A stretch of 64,000 nt of DNA, from the NCBI GenBank assembly GCA_030390025.1, contig CM059431.1, positions 121,274,001-121,338,000 on the forward strand. Direction: 5' to 3'. Origin of the DNA: Squalus acanthias. Taxonomy: Eukaryota. Below are positions 40,398 to 51,580 of the stretch, piece after piece. The translations under genes were made by a program, and so were the position numbers. Within the stretch, counting starts at the first letter, position 1. Each line of letters begins with the position of its first letter. The notes under the pieces are model-generated. The model had not been told where the DNA came from. It searched no databases and saw nothing but the letters and a program-made list of their open reading frames with translations.

Positions 40398-42270
40398 CTA
40401 CTTTTTGCCCTTCGAGGGTGAACTCCTTCCCTTGCGCACTTCCCCCCTTCTAACCCTACTGCTCCTCCGTAATGGGACCTCAGTGGCTGCAGCAAGGCTG
40501 GTGGAAGGCTGCAGATTGTCAGACCCTGACAGTGCAGATGCCCCTGAAGGACGGCCTCGACCAGTTCTGGGCCTGGAGGGCCCGGCTGCAGACTGCACCA
40601 ACTCTGCATGGGCGGCAGCAGTCTGTCCTACAGGCGGTGGCAAGTGCAGTGGAGAAGTGACAGTGTTGGCAGCAGGAATGCTGTCATCGTGATAGATGAC
40701 AGCAACTCCCTGCTCGCTCGACACACTGGCACTCCCACGGGGCAGCACTTCAGCATCGGGAGCAATCTGCTGGAGCACAGATTGCTGGCCTGCTGCGGCG
40801 CGGTGAGAGCCCCGGGGACATGTGAACGAACCATCGAGGTTGGCAGCAGTCAGTGCTCGCGTGGCCTCAATCTGAGTCTGCATGAGAGCTGTCAGAGATG
40901 GGATCACGGCAGTCAGTGACTGAATTGCAGCACTAAGCGTTAGTGTGGCATCCGCCTGTGCTACAGCGAAGTGCTCCACACTCCTTGCCAGTGACTCAAT
41001 GCATTCGGGCACCCTTCCCACTGCACCCATGAGTTCAGTGTGCATGCCCACCGCCTGGGTGTTCATTTCTGCGATCATCTGCTCCTCCTCTGCGTCCATT
41101 GCAGTAGGAGTCGCTGGCATACTCTCCCTCTGGGGAGAAGGCCCCCGTTCTTCCCTACCCCCATGGCGTTGCTGCAGCCCGCTGGGTCCTGGAGCTTCAC
41201 CCTCATCAGACCCTTCCCCCCTGCTCCCCTCCAGGGAAGGCGTGTTGCCAGTGTGGGCATGGGCTTCCTCGGGAGAGGGTGGCACTGATGCTCCGGCTTC
41301 CTCTTCCACCTCGGCTGCAGCTTCACTCCCACTGGCAGCTTCAGGGCCCGTCTCCTCAGCTGGTGAATCACCATCTGAAAGCAGGATGGTACAAGAGTGG
41401 CTTTAGCGTGAGGACAGGGTGGCAGTAAGGGAGGAATAAGTGCAGCGAGTTAGCAAGTTGGATTGAAAGTGTCAAAGGCTGGTGTTGTGAGGGACAAGTG
41501 GAAGGACAGAGGACAAAAAGGTGATGACCTTACCATTGCTGTCCAGAACGGGGTCGGCGTCTCCAGTGGCGACGGGACCGATCACCCGGCTTGCCACAAT
41601 CCTGTGGACGCGCTCCTCAAGATCGCTGAGGGGTTGCAGCTGAGGCCGCCCTCCACCTGTCCGTTGCTGCTGTCTCCTATTATGCGCCAGCTTGGCCTGC
41701 AAGTAAAAGGACAGCATCTGAGTAAATATACAGCCATGGTCTTGCCTGATGTGCCTCCCATAGGTGAATAGCCCTTACTGTATGCAGCCATGGTCTTGCC
41801 TGATGTGCCTCCCATAGGTGAATAGCCCTTACTGTATGCAGCCATGGTCTTGCCTGATGTGCCTCCCATAGGTGAATAGCCTTACTGTATGCAAAGTGTG
41901 GAATGTGTGTGTGTGTTTCATGAAAGGGCCATAGGTGTTGGATGAGTGTTGTGCATTGGGGTTTTAAGACCCTCTGGTCATAGAGTGAGGTTGAGATGGA
42001 GGGATGGAGAGGTATTGAGAAAAAGCCACTCACCCTGACGACCCGAGTGAGGTCGTTGAACTTTTTGCGGCATTGAACATGGGTCCTGAGCACCATGCTC
42101 CTGGAGGAGACGCTCTGAGCCACCTCCCTCCACACTCTTCTGTACTCGCGTGGCAAAGGCCTCCTGCCACTCTCAGGGAAGAGTATACATCTTCTGTGCT
42201 CCACCGCGCCAACCAGAGCATCCAAGGCCCGCTCGGTGAAGCGCTGAGCTCGTTCTCTCACCCTCTCCAT
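40398..42270 (-). CDS. Harbinger Myb/SANT-like DNA-binding protein, 3 exons join(42270-42034, 41696-41534, 41374-40398), 458 aa
   Basis: Exon 1 RFTERALDALV...WREVAQSV...RTHVQCRKKFNDL (trihelix/Myb-SANT pattern). Donors GTGAGT and GTAAGG, acceptors TTTTACTTGCAG and CTGCTTTCAG. 237+163+977=1377 nt, in frame to TAG. Confidence 0.9.
41731..41893. repeat. 3 x 54-bp tandem repeat in intron 1 of the intact Myb gene
   Basis: CAGCCATGGTCTTGCCTGATGTGCCTCCCATAGGTGAATAGCCCTTACTGTATG starting at 41731, 41785 and 41839; third copy lacks one C. Confidence 0.97.
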
Positions 42271-44860
42271 CCTTGGCAGCAAAATGGATTCACAGGTCTC
42301 TCCAGGCCGAGATTCAAGGCTGCAATGAGCAGGGTGTGGCTGGGGAGCAAGTTGGCCCCCCCGCTTTAAGAACTGGCCGGCGCCAGTGTGTCTGTGTTCC
42401 CTCGCTAACTGGCAGCACCTGCGCTGCGCTCGCGCGCTGAGTTAGCGCCTCACTGCTCGGCCTTTGCGCCTTAAGACAGGCGTGCAGCGCCTGATTTAGC
42501 GCTCCACTCACCTCCCGGGGCGGTAAAAGTGAAGTTTCCAGTCAGTGGCGATAATTAGCGCCAGGCGCTAATTTTTGCGTCCAGACGATATTTGCGCCCC
42601 AAATGGGGCGCGACCTAATTTTTCCCCCTTAGTGTTTTTTTCAGGTTTCTCTGGGAAGATAAGTATGGAAGAAGCTGCACATTTAAAAAGGAGGCGCAAG
42701 ACCCATTTTTAACAAGGTAAGTGGTTAATTAATTACAATTTAAAAAATTTTTCAATAGGTTTACCTTTTTTAGATACTTTAAAGAAAGGTAAGTTTATTT
42801 CTGGCACTGTTAAAAAGTATTTAAATTTTTTCAAAAATTTAAATTTTTGTTTAAAGTCGTTAATTTATTTAACTTATAGTTATTTTAAAAATGTGATGTT
42901 TTTTTTAAATTTATTTGAAGTTTAGGTGTTTTTTTGGGGCCGATTTCAATTCATAGATTTGACAGGTCTTCCTGTCAAATCTATGAATGAAAGATGGTCT
43001 GCTGCCATTGGCTCTCCATGGCCCACGTGATCCCAGGGGACGCATCGCACTAACTACGCCCCTGGGATACACAAGCACTGCACGCTGGCAGCTGCAGGAA
43101 GCCCAGGAGCTGAAGTCCCCGTGGGCCCAGAGGTCAACGGCAGGCGCGGTAGGTAGGTGCGCGCGGGATCCTTGCACCCGCGGGAAGCCAGGGAGCCTAA
43201 TTTCTGGGCCATTGTTGTAGAAAACTATCCTGGACACACTGGAGAAATTCACTATCTTTCTGACAAGTGCTTGTCTGCTTATCCCAATCCAGATGAAAGT
43301 TAAAATCCCCCATTAAAACCATTCTGTTTTTAATACATGCTTGTCTAATCTCTGCATTTATACAATCTAGCACTTTACAGCTGCTACCAGGAGCCCTATG
43401 CACAACTCCCACTACAGTCTTAAATCCTTTCCTATTTCTTAATTCTACCCAAAAAGTCTCCACTGCCTGCTTACCTCTCATTATATCCTCTCTTATCATT
43501 GAAGTGATTTCATCCTTAATCACTAAGGCTACTCCTCCCCCTCTGCCATTTTCCCTATCTTTCCTGTAGACGTTATAACCTGGTATATTTAGTTCCCTGT
43601 CTTGACCATCTTACAGCCATGTCTCAGTAATGGCTACCATGTCATACCCTTCAATTTGAATTTGTGCCTGCAGTTCATTCAATTTATTCCTTATACTCTG
43701 TGCATTTGTATAAAGAAGGCTTATTTGGACCACACACCCTAGCCTGTCCTTCAGCTCTAATGTTTTACTCACATGTTTCTTATTTCCCTCTCCTGGTTTA
43801 ATCACTTTACATCTTTCAGTTTTCCGTTTACCTGTAGTGCCTAAAGCACAATTTCTGACTGTTACTCTACTCTCTTCCCTTTCATTTGACTTTGAACTAT
43901 TATTTATGCTACATTTTCCGCCTGAGCCCTCCCCCCATTTATTAGTTTGAAATCCTTGTGATTGCCCTATTTATCTTTTCCACTAGGACCCTGGTCCCAG
44001 ACCGGTTCAGACGGAGCCCGTCCCAACGGTACAGTTCCTTCCTGTCCCACTACAGGTGCCAGTGCCCCATTAAATGGAACACCTCTTTCCCACACCACTC
44101 CTTTAGCCATGTGTTCACTTCCATAATCAGCTTATCCCTACTGCAATTTACACGTGGCTCAGATAATAATCCAGAGATTATAACCCTTGCTATCCTGTTC
44201 TTTAATTTAGCTCCTAGTTCCTCATACTCCCCAAACAGGGTTTCTTGCCTACTGTTTCCTACGTCATTGGTCCCAACATGGACCACAACAACTGGATCCT
44301 CCCCCTCCCTCTCCAATCTCCTTTCAAGCCAGTTCGAGATGTCCCTCACCCTGGCACCAGGTAGTCAATTTACCATGTGGAACTCTCGATCTTGCTTACA
44401 AAGGATGCTATCTGTCCTGCTAATTATAGAATCCCCTCTAACTACCACATTGCTCTTCCTCTCCTCCCCTCCTCCTCCCGTAGGACAACCTCCTGCTCCA
44501 ACGTGCCATGGTCCTCATTCTGGCTGTCCTTCCAACAGTCTTTATCCTTATTGTTACAGGTAGCAAGTACATTGGCCGCGATTTTGCTGACCTCAGTGGG
44601 TCCGTGGCGGGCGAAGTCAGTGGCGGGTCCCGACCCTGCTGCTGGCTCAATTCCGGCCTCTGAAATGAATTTACCGTGATTGGACCTGCGTTTCCCAGCC
44701 AATTCGAGGTGACGTTAGCTGATGATGCGTCATCAGTCAGTTTCCTTAAAGGGACCATGGCCAACTTTATTTTGATGCGGAGATGCCGGTGTTGGACTGG
44801 GGTGGACAAAATTGAGAGGTCGCACAACACCAGGTTATAGTCCAACAGTTTTATTTGAAA

Positions 44861-44898
44861 TCACAAGCTTTCGGAACTATCGCTCCTTCCTCAGGTGA
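44861..44898 (-). ncRNA. Putative minimal type I hammerhead ribozyme, inverted twin
   Basis: Exact reverse complement of 45060-45097. Confidence 0.65.
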
Positions 44899-45059
44899 AG
44901 TAAATTGGATACAGAATCGTCAGAGCATATATAGATGGAAAAAAAAAGCATGTGTACTTTACAATTGCAGACCAATAAATTATTGGTCTGCAATTGTAAA
45001 GTACACATGCTTTTTTTTTCCATCTATATATGCTCTGACGATTCTGTATCCAATTTACT

Positions 45060-45097
45060 TCACCTGAGGAAGGAGCGATAGTTCCGAAAGCTTGTGA
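45060..45097 (+). ncRNA. Putative minimal type I hammerhead ribozyme
   Basis: Stem I TCAC/GTGA, core CTGAGGA, stem II GGAGC-GATA-GTTCC, GAAA, palindromic AGCT in place of stem III. Confidence 0.65.
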
Positions 45098-46790
45098 TTT
45101 CAAATAAAACTGTTGGACTATAACCTGGTGTTGTGCGACCTCTCAACTTTATTTTGACATTTGTGCTGTCAGTGTTCTACAGCATTGAGGTGCTGCAAAC
45201 ACTGACAAGCACTGCACAGAGGTGCACGGCTGCACATAGGCTCTCCCATGACTCCCTCCATATGCTTAAGGAGGAGTCACAGCACGCAAGGAGGCCCTCT
45301 TCCCTTCCCATGAGCAGAAGAGACTTCCCCAGGAGATCAACACAGTCTGGTTGCACATTGCAGAGGAGGGCACAAGCAGGGATGTTGTCAGGAGGACCTG
45401 GGTGCAGTGATGCAAATGTTTCAATGATCTCAGTAGATCATGAAATGTTAGTACAAAGCCACACTCAACCTCATCCTGCTGTGCCACTAATCAAATCCCC
45501 ATCACTTTGCCTTCCCTATCCTACTCCTGCACATCCTTACTCACACCAACTTACCTTGCACCTCCACCCATCTCTCTCTATCTACATTATCACATCTCCA
45601 TCTCACTAGCCAACTCTCATACTCACCCTAATCCTAGTGCAATCATACCAACACACACACAAGGGTAGGCACTTGGGTGTTTTAGCCAATGTTCATGTGA
45701 AGTTTCTGTTAATGTGCTGTCAAACATTGAAATCTTTATTTTCAACACTTTGTGTTCTTGGACAAATTTGTGTGCACCTTTGGAAGTGGTTAAGTGAGTT
45801 GCAATGAATGGTAAGACATAATGGTGATGAGTGTGAAAGGAATGGCTTGGGCATTGTAGGGATGCTTTATGGGGTTGGTGTGGGGTGGTGCCAACCTGGA
45901 TCAGCATGTGGCAGCCAGGGTGTACAGCATTAAGTGAAGTAAATCCAGCCATGGTGATGACATCCCTGGCATTCCGGGCAGCAATGTGCTCGGGTGCTGA
46001 TGCCCTGTGTCCTGTGCAGCCTCGGTTGATTGAGAAAAGATTGCTGTTGGTGCTGCTGGTGTTTGGGTTGATCGTGGTGGGATTCTGAGGACCAAGGTGA
46101 GATAGTTTCAAGGGCACCCATGCTGATGGAATAGATGGCAGGTGAAGTAGAGATGACAGAAGCGATCTGTCAATGGTGAGAGAGGTAATGAGGTGAGACT
46201 GGATGGACGCTTGTGTGAAGACTTGCAGCATGGTGAATCTATTGTGGATATGCAGTTAGGAAGAGCTTGTGGCTGAGGGAAGATATCACTGTACGGTGGG
46301 AGCTTTTACTTGACATTTGAAGCTGTCAACTCAACAGCTGATTCAATGGCCACTGATCTCCCACCTCAGCTGAACAGATGTGATCTCCGAGCAGTGAAGA
46401 CCCTGTGGGCGAGCACGTAAAATCAAAAGTTGAGCTCAAATGTGTTCTTAATCATCTCTAAACAAGGTCATAATAACCTGAATTGGGTCCCCCGCTACTG
46501 CGTGTCGGGTCTGTTCAGCGCTGACAGACCCGACATTGGGGAACGGCACATGGTGGTGGGTTCACAGCGAGGTCCCGAACCGCTGGGGAAAAAAAACACT
46601 TTCCCACCCAACCCATCACTGATTGCGCCCACTAATCCCCTGGAATGTCCAGCCCATTGTACCTGTTGGATAGGATCAGTTTCTGTGGATCCTCGTCCCC
46701 TTTCTTATCTGGGTTCCCCTTACTCGGCACACTATCGGTCACACCAACCCCATTCTGAACCTGCACCTCTCTATGAGGTGTGATCGAAGT

Positions 46791-48911
46791 CTGGAGCCAG
46801 CCAGATGGAGAGGAAGATCCGAGCTTTCAGTGGATCGGGCGGGCGGAGGGGCGGTCGGAGAATGATCGTGGCCGGCCACTGCAGGATCGTGGCCGGCCTC
46901 AGGATGATCGTGGTGGGTGCGGGGTAGGGAAGAGAAGATCGTGACCGGCCTCAGGATCATCGGTGGGGTGGGGTTCGGGAAGGCGATCAGAGGCCTCATG
47001 AGGTGGTCACCAATCGCGGGGGGTGGCTAAAACCTGACCAGATAGAATTAAAAACAAAATGGAGGTTAAGAAGAGGCTTCCAGCCTCATTATAATATTTA
47101 AATTGACGTCCCTCCTCCTGGCAGTGGGTTGTGTAAAGTTTCGCAATTATCGCGATTCAAAATAACAAGAGAGAAGCAGATTCGTTTGATCAGTTTATTT
47201 AAATGAAATGCTGTCATGATTATAAAGTACACAGAAGCCTGTAAAATGGCCACCGCGCATCGTGCCAGAAGCTTCCAGAAATACAGTGGGCAGGCAAGAT
47301 GGCGTCGAATAAACATTTCAGTATAAAGACTGGATCATACTCGGTAAACATTGATAAAGACAGGATGCAACCTGTTTGCATTTGAAACAATAGCAAAGAT
47401 ATAAGTGCTGGAATCGTTTTCCATGCACAAGTAAGGATCATTGTACTGGGCAATCGAAGGCCCATCCAGACACATCAATACACAAATACCCCCACGGCTC
47501 TACAATGAGAGAGACATTGACGGGTGATTAAGCAAGTATTCGGGGGCCCCCAAAACCAGTCAGGGAGATGATTCATACAATCCTGGCTGGGTCAACTATG
47601 GGGAAAACATTAACGGGTAGTTGGCCAGTTTCAGGTGCTACCGAAACCCGTTAAAGGAAAGAATCGCCCCATGCTGGGAGTTTTGTGCACCAGTATTTCA
47701 CAAAGGACAAACATTAAGATTTGAGCGGGAGATAAGGGAACACAGCACTATAACTATAGTGAACAAACGTCCATCGGCCTCTTATTCTCCGGGCTCTTGA
47801 CTCTCTTATCTTGCTGATGATTGCTGAAGCTCTTCCTTAGGGCTGGACATTCTTGACTCTTGACTTTTAGCCGTACTTTTCGGTTACTCGAATGTTGGGT
47901 GGAGCTCAAACGGAACGAGCCGCCCCGACGAGGGCAAGTAGCCGGGTGCACCATCCCGAGAGTCGGTAAACGGTGTCTGGACCCGAAGGCCCGAAAAGAC
48001 AAGACGAAATGACAAGAAAAGAAGAAGAATCCACGTGCCGCCACGGTCAGTAAACCCCAACCGCGCCCGAAAATACATGAAAGACTCTTCATTGAAATCT
48101 ACCGACAACTGGTGTCGGGCACAGGAAGGCTCTTCTTTGAACCGTGTCCGAGTTCTGTCGAGTTCTTCATGACAACAGGGAGCCCAGCCTGCTTGTCGCA
48201 GCAGCGAAGATAAACAAGTGGGGTACAGAGACCCCTCCAAACACGTGACAGTCAGGCGCTGCAGCGAAACGAGCCGAGTGCCTCACTTTAAAATTCTCCG
48301 AAGTATCACGAGTGGTGAGCATGTTTCCCGATCCTACAAATCTAGACGTAGTGTAGGTATTGATAAGGGAGGGTGGTTTTATTAAGGATAAAGTATAATG
48401 TGTTCCCCTTTTTACGATGTGCCGTGCGTTCTTCATTACCATAGACCAAGCTTTATGAATGTATGTATACTTGTACTCTCGTTAATTTGCGCCTATGACA
48501 TGTACTTCATGATCTTGGACGCTATGCAATAAAGATTTCCATTTCGTACTATTCAACCGGGTCTATTTGAGTTTTTCTCTGCATTACTGCTTCTGCACCT
48601 AAGTCCAGTGTTAGAACCGTAAGGGTGAGTGGGTCGAACCACTCACAGGTGCTTATTGTAATAAGGCTGGCCGGAGACCAGAGCAAGCAATAGTATTAGG
48701 CAACGAAGGCCTAACCTCGCACCAGCACCGTCTGTGATACAAGCACGACAAAAAACTTACAGTTGGCTGCCCACCCCCCCCCCCGTCCCGCCTCCGTTAA
48801 AACCGGAAGTGGGCGGGTTGGTGGCGGGTTCAGGTTGGGATTCTGATTTTTAACAACTTCACTACTCCCCCGCTCCAAAACCATCCATTTCTTTAGGTTA
48901 AAATTCCCCCC
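46791..48911 (-). mobile_element. Harbinger-type MITE (same family as 50416-51230) split by a solo LTR
   Basis: Reverse-complement match to the 50416 copy on both sides of the LTR (CCGGTTTTAACGGAGGCG; ACGTCAATTTAAATATTATAATGA; TTAACCTCCATTTTGTTTTTAA); end GGTTAAAATTCCCCCC. Confidence 0.8.
47133..48761 (+). mobile_element. Solo LTR, 1629 bp (Gypsy-like or endogenous retrovirus)
   Basis: TGTAAAGTTT...AAACTTACA termini; GTTG 4-bp TSD at 47129-47132 and 48762-48765; AATAAA at about 48528; removal restores the host MITE. Confidence 0.88.
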
Positions 48912-50230
48912 AGTGTATCTGGAATGTTGAAGTGATATAGGTCTAGGTAATTTCCTTTGAGCCTATCCAATTCCTCATTTAAAGCAGAGTTAATATATCA
49001 GTTTAGCTTTACATTGTACTATGTTAAAGTATAGAGCTGGTAAGGCTAGAAAAGTGTTTTCCCTCCTATGCTTTGAAACAATGTATATATATAATTTACA
49101 GAGCATAACAACGACTCTCCTCCCTCAGGAAGGTGGAATAGCTAGTGTACAGCTTCCAGGTAAATCCGCAGTATAGAGGTCCAGGATATGTAGGCTCACT
49201 CGGGGTGGTCTCTTTGACTCTTTACACATGTTTAGATCTTTGGTACGTGTCCAGGTAACCACAGAGTGGGAATACTCGTCCACCAGTTCACTTGAAAACT
49301 GATGGGCACCACAGGAGCTTTACTGCCTCATCAACCCTAATTGATAAATAAACCTGCTTATATGTAATCTTTAGTTTAGGCAGGCTGTCAATAATTGTAT
49401 TAGTGGTACTTTCCTAAATATAGGATGATGCGCATAGAATGTATTGGTGATATTGGACACACTTAATGCCACCCTTCAGCTTAGACAAAATGGCACTTCC
49501 AGGGGCATCCAACTCCAAGGTTCAGGGTGAAGATATTGCTCAATGGGGGTCAAATTGGCAGGTGGGAGAGGGATATGCCCCCGTACCCTCCCCTACAGTT
49601 GGGGAGGTCCCTTGCAGGGAAGCAGAGGCATTTTTGGGTAGGAAATCTGCTCCATGTACAGAAACAAGTCTGTGAAAGAGGCTGTTAACTGGGTCTGCAG
49701 ATAGAAGCCTTTCCTCAATCCCTCAGGTTTGCAGTGATTCTGTGAAATGATCCTTGTTTGTACATGGCTAAAGTTTGTTGAGGAATTAAATGCCTATGCA
49801 GTTGTTGTAAATAAACCTGTTTTAGTAGTTTTAAGAAAATCCACTCTGACTAGTGTTAATTGCTTTGCGCCATTTGATATTTAGAGCCTTGGGTGAACCT
49901 AACTATATATCCCCAATAAATAGATTCTGCTCTTTACACTACCTGAAGGAAACAGATGTATTCCAAGAGCTTCCAATAGCTCACATCAATCTAGTGAATC
50001 TTTTTATGTGTTTAGCTTTCAAATGAAAAACACAGGGCTCCAAAGGCAAGCTCACAAATAAAATTATTCCTAAATCAATACACATTTTGGTTCAAATGCA
50101 GAAGTAAGTACATATCGCTAGATTCACCCTTGGAAGCCCAACGACTTGAGGGCCGCACCTGCACCTCAGCGAGCTGGCCTTGCGTGATAATGCAAAGTCA
50201 GCTCATTAGCAAATCTTCATGATACTCCTG

Positions 50231-50329
50231 GGGGGCTAACGGGAGCGCTAACGGGGCGCAAATCAACTAGCGCCTGGGCGCGGTGCCGCTAACGCCTCCC
50301 GCGAAATTCAGCTACTGAATTTTTACCCC
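50231..50329. mobile_element. 99-bp mini-MITE related to the intact Harbinger
   Basis: CTG direct repeats at 50228-50230 and 50330-50332; right end ACTGAATTTTTACCCC is the exact reverse complement of the first 16 nt of the element at 38413; internal GCGCTAA / TAGCGCC motifs. Confidence 0.7.
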
Positions 50330-50415
50330 CTGGTGTGTAATGCATGACGTACTGGGAACACCAGGATTATTGAGCACCAGTAATCAGCTGTTTGCTGCTC
50401 TTTTAGTGTTACTAT

Positions 50416-51230
50416 GGGGAGAATTTTAACCTAAAAAAAGGGTGGGTTTGGAGCGTGGGGGTAGTTAAATTGTTAAAAATGGGATTCCCGAAATGTTCCC
50501 GCCTCCAAGCTGCCCACTTCCGGTTTTAACGGAGGCGAGACGGGGAGTGGGCAACCAACCCGCCCCCAGGGGGCGGAACGTCAATTTAAATATTATAATG
50601 AAGCTGGAAGCCTCTTTTTAACCTCCATTTTGTTTTTAACTGCATGTGGACAGGTATCACACAAAATTTCTGAAACCCGGAAATTACAGCAAGGCAGGGA
50701 CTGCTTGATCCAGGTTGTAAGTGCCTTTACACCTACCTCCTGGATCCAGGGTCCCTACCTAACCCTGCCCCCGTAATCAGAGACGCCACCACGAGGCCTC
50801 CGATCACCCCCCACCCAGGCCACCCCCCCCCCTCCCCCGAATGATGAGGCCGGCCACGATCCTCCAGTGGCTGGTCACGATCTTCCCTTTCCCCCCAATG
50901 ATCCTCCGGTGGCCAGCCACGATCTTCACTTCACCCCCCCAGCTTCCCAACATCCGGCCCCGATCCTCTCTCTCCCCCATCAATCGTCTACCTGACCCCC
51001 GATCCTCTCTCTCCTCCCCACACCCCCATCCATTTAACGTCCCGACCCTCACTCAAACCCTCCCTCCCTCCTCTGTTCAGCTGAAAGCCTCTCAAACTGG
51101 CTGGCTGCAGGCAGGAAACAGAGGCCTCGCATGCAAATCAGGCCCTGCCATTAAAGTCGGCAGCTCTTAGTCACCCCGCCCCCATCCGGCCTTTTTATTA
51201 GGGATCCAGGTGGTGGCAAACTAAGTCCCC
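50416..51230 (+). mobile_element. Harbinger-type MITE, uninterrupted relative of 46791-48911
   Basis: Starts GGGGAGAATTTTAACCTAAA; internal GC-rich short repeats (GGCCACGATC); right end approximate. Confidence 0.7.
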
Positions 51231-51580
51231 TTTTCAGGATTCAACAATTTAAGGTAAAAAAAGCCAGAGGCGATAAGCAACGAGCTTTTTATTTTAGCGG
51301 CAGGCCTCCACTGCAGCACCAAAACAATGCTTGGCATGTGGATTGCTGCTGAAGTGCTCCAGCTTTATTATGGAGCTTTTGCTTAATTTGCATGGAAAGC
51401 AGGGGCCAAATAAGCAATGTGGCTCAATGTGGCGATTACAAAGTGGGCATACATTAACGAGCACAAAGTGCATAGGACATTGGACAGGCCTCTGCGCCCA
51501 AAATATATCTAACTATCTTTGAGGGCACTGATGAAGTTGGATTCAGCTTTGGCATAAAAGTTGAGTATTATAGTTAGTAG

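Larger units (their letters stand above)
38413..42628 (+). mobile_element. Apparently intact autonomous PIF/Harbinger DNA transposon (4216 bp)
   Basis: TTA TSD at 38410-38412 and 42629-42631; TIRs GGGGTAAAAATT / AATTTTTCCCCC (11/12); two convergent open genes, transposase and Myb/SANT-like. Confidence 0.95.
38228..43210. mobile_element. Harbinger-type MITE (about 765 bp without its insert) inserted in the LINE and hosting the autonomous Harbinger
   Basis: Ends GGGCCAAAAATT and AATTTCTGGGCC; ATT TSD at 38225-38227 and 43211-43213; removal restores the LINE ORF2 frame. Confidence 0.88.
44776..45143. mobile_element. Penelope-like terminal-repeat insertion forming a perfect inverted repeat
   Basis: Arms 44812-44978 and 44980-45146; flanking direct repeat CAACTTTATTTTGA at 44762-44775 and 45144-45157; motif CACCTGAGGAAGGAGC..CCGAAAGCTTGTGATTTCAAATAAAACTGTTGGACTATAACCTGGTGTTGTG. 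Confidence 0.82.
44574..46655 (+). mobile_element. Non-autonomous Harbinger deletion derivative, copy 2, inserted in LINE ORF1
   Basis: ATT TSD at 44571-44573 and 46656-46658; ends GGCCGCGATTTTGC / GGAATGTCCAGCCC; colinear in reverse with 57561-59076. Confidence 0.88.
35849..46790 (-). mobile_element. CR1-clade LINE, decayed, about 3.9 kb once two insertions are removed (segments 35849-38227, 43211-44573, 46659-~46790)
   Basis: ORF1 esterase-like motif VVVHVGTNDVG; endonuclease YTNAQSIRNK, ITETWL, MGDFN, SDHNMIEF; RT SPGPDGFHP, LYKTLVRPHLEYC; tail (TATGTTCC)n near 35850. The frame CVQDSFLQQ|YILEATRG rejoins across 43211/38227. Confidence 0.93.

Noticed and set aside
39378..41406. Long antisense ORFs overlapping the Harbinger genes (e.g. 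39378-40190, 40945-41406)
   Set aside because: Shadow frames of GC-rich coding sequence with no independent motifs.
41741..41790. Hammerhead-like look of the 54-bp repeat on the + strand (CTGATGT-GCCT cccat AGGT-GAAT)
   Set aside because: Conserved core positions deviate (CTGATGT for CTGANGA, GAAT for GAAA), and the homologous segment at 665-690 keeps neither the core C nor the stem.
38856..42270. Domesticated host genes HARBI1 / NAIF1
   Set aside because: Both ORFs lie between TIRs with a TSD, nested in other repeats, with decayed relatives nearby, so they are transposon genes.
44855..45103. Two near-identical 70-aa ORFs on opposite strands
   Set aside because: By-product of the palindrome; TTG starts and no protein features.
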